This document shows positions 26,518 through 29,934 of a DNA stretch of 29,934 nucleotides, in pieces. The translations under genes and the position numbers were made by a program. The stretch comes from Candidatus Bathyarchaeia archaeon (GTDB lineage: Archaea; Thermoproteota; Bathyarchaeia; Bathyarchaeales; Bathycorpusculaceae): assembly GCA_038883715.1 (NCBI GenBank), contig JAVZLS010000015.1, positions 1 through 29,934 on the forward strand, written 5' to 3'. Within the stretch, counting starts at the first letter, position 1, and every line of letters starts with the position of its first letter. The notes under the pieces are model-generated. The model saw only the letters and a list, made by a program, of their open reading frames with translations. It searched no databases and was not told where the DNA came from.

Positions 26518-27074
26518 TCTGAACGCACCTCCTCATAGGCTTCTTTAATAACTGCGAAGTTCTTCTCAGCTATGTCGCTTCTGAAACGCTCCCGAACGGT
26601 TTTTTCAAGGCTTTGCAGACTGACAACGCCAGTTACACGGGCAACAGCCCCAAGCATGGCGGTGCTTGTTATAGGCAAGCCCAAAATCTTTATGGCAATT
26701 TCAGTCGCCGGAACGGTCCAAACCTTCCCCCTATTGTCCTTAAGCATTTTCTTAGCCTCTAACGGCTCATCCCTAAAATTGATTATTATTGTCCCATCCT
26801 CCCTTAACCCATCAGTGACCGGCACAGCCTTAACCAGCGTAGGGTCCAAAACAACAACAACATCCGGATTATAAATGGCACAATGAAGCCTAATGGGCTC
26901 TGTGCTTATTCTCGTGAAAGCTGCAACTGGAGCACCCATCCTTTCCGGACCAAACTCTGGAAAAGATTGAATGTATTTCCCCTCGTAAACGGCTGCCCTT
27001 GCGAGCAACTCACTGGCTGTCCAAGCCCCTTGACCGCCCCTGCCGTGCCATCTCACTTCTAACAATTTTTTCAA
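26514..27074 (-). CDS. porG: Pyruvate/2-oxoacid:ferredoxin oxidoreductase gamma subunit
   Basis: Motifs EVRWHGRGGQG and FPEFGPERMGAPV. Confidence 0.92.
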   Translation of the reverse strand: MKKLLEVRWHGRGGQGAWTASELLARAAVYEGKYIQSFPEFGPERMGAPVAAFTRISTEPIRLHCAIYNPDVVVVLDPTLVKAVPVTDGLREDGTIIINFRDEPLEAKKMLKDNRGKVWTVPATEIAIKILGLPITSTAMLGAVARVTGVVSLQSLEKTVRERFRSDIAEKNFAVIKEAYEEVRSE

Positions 27075-27147
27075 GGCTTAACTCTCCTATGGCTCTTTCA
27101 ACAATAGAGAAACTCCAATATACATTTTTCTAATATAGGAGCCTCTT

Positions 27148-27486
27148 TTAAGCTTGAGAAATGAAATCTTTCAAAACCTCTTTCACGGGCATTTTAAGAA
27201 GCTCCCTAATACGGTCTAAAACTATCAAGCCGCTCTTCGTAACAGAATAATATTTTATGCGCCTCCTCCCCCTTTTAGCCCATTTCCCAACTATAAGCTT
27301 GTTTTCTTCAAGCTCGTATAAGAGCGGGTAAACAACTCCAGAATGAAAGCTCCAGCCAGTTAACTTCTTCAACTCCTTAGTAACGCTGTAGCCGGACATC
27401 GGCTTTTGGCTTAAAAGCCACAAAATTATAACTCTGCTGAAGCCTCGAACAGCCGATTTAACCAGCTCGCTTTCCAAATCATCCAT
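27148..27486 (-). CDS. PadR family transcriptional regulator
   Basis: Pattern ILWLL..KPMSGY...GVVYPLLYELEE...RRIKYYSVTKSG. Confidence 0.9.
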   Translation of the reverse strand: MDDLESELVKSAVRGFSRVIILWLLSQKPMSGYSVTKELKKLTGWSFHSGVVYPLLYELEENKLIVGKWAKRGRRRIKYYSVTKSGLIVLDRIRELLKMPVKEVLKDFISQA

Positions 27487-27570
27487 CAAATCTCCGCTCT
27501 TTCGAATGCTAGGATTCTTGGGCTTAAATTACCATTGAAGGATATAAACACTATTGTGGAAAGCGGAAAA

Positions 27571-27582
27571 TTGATATATCAA
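27571..27582. promoter_or_regulatory. Palindrome TTGATATATCAA, candidate PadR operator overlapping the TATA region
   Basis: Perfect 12-bp palindrome between the divergent padR genes, about 30 bp before ATG 27612. Confidence 0.5.
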
Positions 27583-27611
27583 AAATTAAAATATTCACTA
27601 TCTGAGCATCC

Positions 27612-27950
27612 ATGGTAAAAGTAAGCAACATTTTCATGAGAAGCTTGGAGAAGCCAATAATGCTTTGGCTCTTAGCCCATAAGCCGAGATACGGATACGA
27701 ACTAATGGTGGAGTTTAGAAGGCTTACTGGGAGAAAGCTGAAGCCAAGCATAGTTTACCCGTTCCTTCATAAACTTGAGAGAGGCGGATTTGCAAGCGCG
27801 GAGTGGATTATGAAGGGAAGGAAAAGGGTGAGGCATTACTCCCTAACAAAGAGGGGAGAGGACCTCCTCCACAAAGTTAAAGAAACTTTCGGCAAACCCG
27901 TCAAACAAGTTCTCATGGACTTGATTGGGAGGGAGGAAAAAAATGGCTGA
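27612..27950 (+). CDS. PadR family transcriptional regulator
   Basis: Pattern MLWLL..KPRYGYEL...SIVYPFLHKLE...RVRHYSLTKRG. Confidence 0.9.
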   Translation: MVKVSNIFMRSLEKPIMLWLLAHKPRYGYELMVEFRRLTGRKLKPSIVYPFLHKLERGGFASAEWIMKGRKRVRHYSLTKRGEDLLHKVKETFGKPVKQVLMDLIGREEKNG

Positions 27951-29415
27951 TATAATTCTGACAGCTGACCGCACATTAATGAGCGATTACCACCACAACG
28001 AGTTTATAGGCTTTGGAACATGCGCCCCTCCAAACGTTATTCCAGACTGGCTTTACAGTTTCCTTTTCTTCCCACCCATAAAGACGAGGAAAGGCATACC
28101 GGCAGCTGCACCCTATGGCTTAAGGAAGATTGAAGCCCAGCTCTTAATTGAAGGATTCGACGTTTTAACAGTGGACCCTGACCACTTGGACAAGTATTTG
28201 GGTGAAGCTAAAGTTTTAGGAATACATGTCATGGACCCCTTTGGGCTTGGTCCAGCCTCAAGCACATTTGCATCTATTTTAAAGAAGGAGCCCTTCCTCG
28301 CCAAGCACTTCCGCAACTTGATGGCAAAACCAGAAATTAAAGAGGCGAAAAAGCGTGGACTAAAAATTATTGTTGGAGGCCCAGGCGTCTGGCAGTTCCG
28401 CTATAGAGAAAAATTCGTTAAGGATTATGGGATTGACTGCATAATCGACGGGGAAGCCGAAAAGATTATTGGAAAAATTGTGAGAGCCGCCATAAACGGA
28501 GAGGAGCTCCCACAATACTACGAGGTTAGCGTTCAAGAAACCCCAAGCTTAGAAGAGATCCCAAACATTGTAAATCCGTCCGTCAATGGTTTGGTGGAAA
28601 TCGGCCGAGGCTGTTGTAGAGGATGCAAATTCTGCAGCGTCACACTGAGACCTTTAAGATGGTATCCTGTTGAAAAAATTCTTCAGGAAATTGGCGTTAA
28701 CATTAAAAGTGGCTATGACCGAACAGCGTGCCTCCACGCAGAAGATGTCATGCTTTACGGCTCAAAGAACACAATTCCAAACGATGAAAAATTAATTGAA
28801 CTCCACGAGGCCGTTATGAAGAAGTGTGAAGGCGGCTTCAGTTGGAGCCACTGCTCACTGGCAACAGTCACAGTAAAACCGAAGCTTTTTGCAAAAGTAG
28901 CTGAAATCATACGGCAGAAGCAGCCTTGGTGGGGCGCCGAAGTAGGAATAGAAACAGGTTCACCAGAACTTGCCAAAAAAATAATGCCGGCTAAGGCTCA
29001 CCCATTCAAGCCGGAAGAATGGCCCGACGTTGTTCGCCAAGGAATGGGGCTAATGCACGATAATAAGATGGTTCCAGCATGCACACTCATCGTGGGTGTG
29101 CCGGAAGAAACAGAAGATGACCTAATAAAAACCATAGAACTTGTTGAAGATCTAAAACATGTTAGAAGCCTCATAGTGCCCCTCTTCTTCGTCCCATTGG
29201 GCAGACTAAAAAATGAGCATTGGTTTAAAGAGACGAAGATGACGAGGCTTCATGAAGAGCTCCTAGTAAAATGCTTGATACATGATTTCTACTGGATAGA
29301 CGACTTGATTGGCTTGTCCTTCGCCGAAAAATGGTATGCAAAACCAATGCGCGCCCTATACAGAATCTTCGTGAAAATCATAGAACGTAAAGCAAAAGAA
29401 AAGGGGATTTATTAG
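27943..29415 (+). CDS. B12-binding-like radical SAM protein, resembling archaeal tetraether-lipid modifying enzymes (GrsA/GrsB/Gms group)
   Basis: RGCCRGCKFC (CxxxCxxC), IIVGGPG, DGEAE and GIETGS. The N-terminal IILTADRTLMS...APYGLRKIEA is recalled from that family and was not verified by search. Confidence 0.65.
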   Translation: MADIILTADRTLMSDYHHNEFIGFGTCAPPNVIPDWLYSFLFFPPIKTRKGIPAAAPYGLRKIEAQLLIEGFDVLTVDPDHLDKYLGEAKVLGIHVMDPFGLGPASSTFASILKKEPFLAKHFRNLMAKPEIKEAKKRGLKIIVGGPGVWQFRYREKFVKDYGIDCIIDGEAEKIIGKIVRAAINGEELPQYYEVSVQETPSLEEIPNIVNPSVNGLVEIGRGCCRGCKFCSVTLRPLRWYPVEKILQEIGVNIKSGYDRTACLHAEDVMLYGSKNTIPNDEKLIELHEAVMKKCEGGFSWSHCSLATVTVKPKLFAKVAEIIRQKQPWWGAEVGIETGSPELAKKIMPAKAHPFKPEEWPDVVRQGMGLMHDNKMVPACTLIVGVPEETEDDLIKTIELVEDLKHVRSLIVPLFFVPLGRLKNEHWFKETKMTRLHEELLVKCLIHDFYWIDDLIGLSFAEKWYAKPMRALYRIFVKIIERKAKEKGIY

Positions 29416-29474
29416 AGCGGAATAAACTTAAATATGACGTTAAAACCAGAACACAAATGGACAAGCCCATGGAT

Positions 29475-29548
29475 GCCGCCGTAGCTCAGAGTGGTAGAGC
29501 GGCTGGCTGTTAACCAGTCGGTCGTCGGTTCAAGTCCGACCGGCGGCG
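29475..29548 (+). tRNA. tRNA-Asn (GTT)
   Basis: Acceptor stem GCCGCCG/CGGCGGC, anticodon loop CTGTTAA, T loop GTTCAAG. No intron; CCA is not encoded. Confidence 0.96.
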
Positions 29549-29602
29549 CTTTTTCCATGCTTTTACCGAACCGGCGTACTGGGATCTGGTTCCCAGGGGG
29601 CG

Positions 29603-29718
29603 CTATTTCCTTTTCCTGAAAAGTTTTATGCCTTCCATGTCGCAGACGTATTCAAAGCCCCCTCTATAAGCTGCCTAACTTCCTTTACTGTGAATGCTGT
29701 TTTGCAGACACGCCACTC
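29603..29718 (-). pseudogene. Frameshifted C-terminal relic of a tyrosine integrase
   Basis: EWRVCKTAFTVKEVRQLIE, then after a 1-nt shift GFEYVCDMEGIKLFRKRK-stop. The integrase assignment rests on recall of this tail in Bathyarchaeia integrases. Confidence 0.65.
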
Positions 29719-29745
29719 TAGAATCCCGGACTAAGGTACCGTATA

Positions 29746-29822
29746 TGGGGCCGAGGCCGGGATTTGAACCCGGGCGCCGGGCTCCACAGGCCCGTAGGCT
29801 TCCAGGCTACCTCACCTCGGCC
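29746..29822 (-). tRNA. tRNA-His (GTG) with encoded G-1 and CCA
   Basis: G-GCCGAGG...CCTCGGC-C-CCA, anticodon loop CTGTGGA, T loop GTTCAAA. Confidence 0.95.
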
Positions 29823-29861
29823 ACTTGGCGGTAGCCTCGACCATTTTTAATCATAGGCTTC

Positions 29862-29934
29862 CTATTTTCTTTTTCTGAAGAGCGTTGCGTCTTCATGGCG
29901 GCAAACATATTCGAGCCCAGTTGGATTAGTTTGC
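29862..29934 (-). pseudogene. Second integrase C-terminal tail, frameshifted (truncated by window edge)
   Basis: KLIQLG, then after a 1-nt shift EYVCRHEDATLFRKRK-stop; same tail motif as 29603-29718. Confidence 0.6.

Noticed and set aside
29746-29822. Genomically encoded G-1 and CCA in tRNA-His
   Set aside because: Common in prokaryotes and not novel.
1-29934. CRISPR array, rRNA, intact transposase, selenocysteine or pyrrolysine read-through
   Set aside because: I saw no repeat-spacer periodicity, no rRNA-like segment, no transposase ORF and no conserved gene interrupted by an in-frame TGA or TAG.

Overview
Archaeal chromosomal window, most likely Bathyarchaeia or another TACK lineage. This is inferred from the gene content, GGTGA/GAGGTG ribosome-binding sites, BRE/TATA-like promoters and the integrase tail type. 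Left part: an acyl-CoA/2-oxoacid catabolic run on the minus strand (nitroreductase, two-subunit CoA-transferase, acyl-CoA dehydrogenase, EamA, hbd, crt, iorA, start of iorB). Next come a degenerate homocitrate/isopropylmalate-synthase-like gene and a lipS2-wHTH-lipS1-ferredoxin lipoate sulfur-insertion module. Middle: Ca2+/Na+ exchanger, DUF763, and a four-gene TasA/CalY-like fibre operon with a SipW-type signal peptidase. That operon is preceded by a ~170-nt highly structured, switch-like leader whose loop is complementary to the U-tract behind the second fibre gene. Right part: MFS, GNAT, a stand-alone oversized NurA (wHTH insertion) plus HerA pair, a PPOX-family gene, porGDAB, two divergent PadR genes and a Grs/Gms-like radical SAM gene. 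The window ends with convergent tRNA-Asn and tRNA-His, with one frameshifted integrase C-terminal relic between them and another upstream of tRNA-His. Best candidates for a new system: the RNA-leader-controlled archaeal TasA/SipW fibre operon and the NurA-wHTH/HerA module. All family calls come from motif recognition by eye; no database search or folding program was run.
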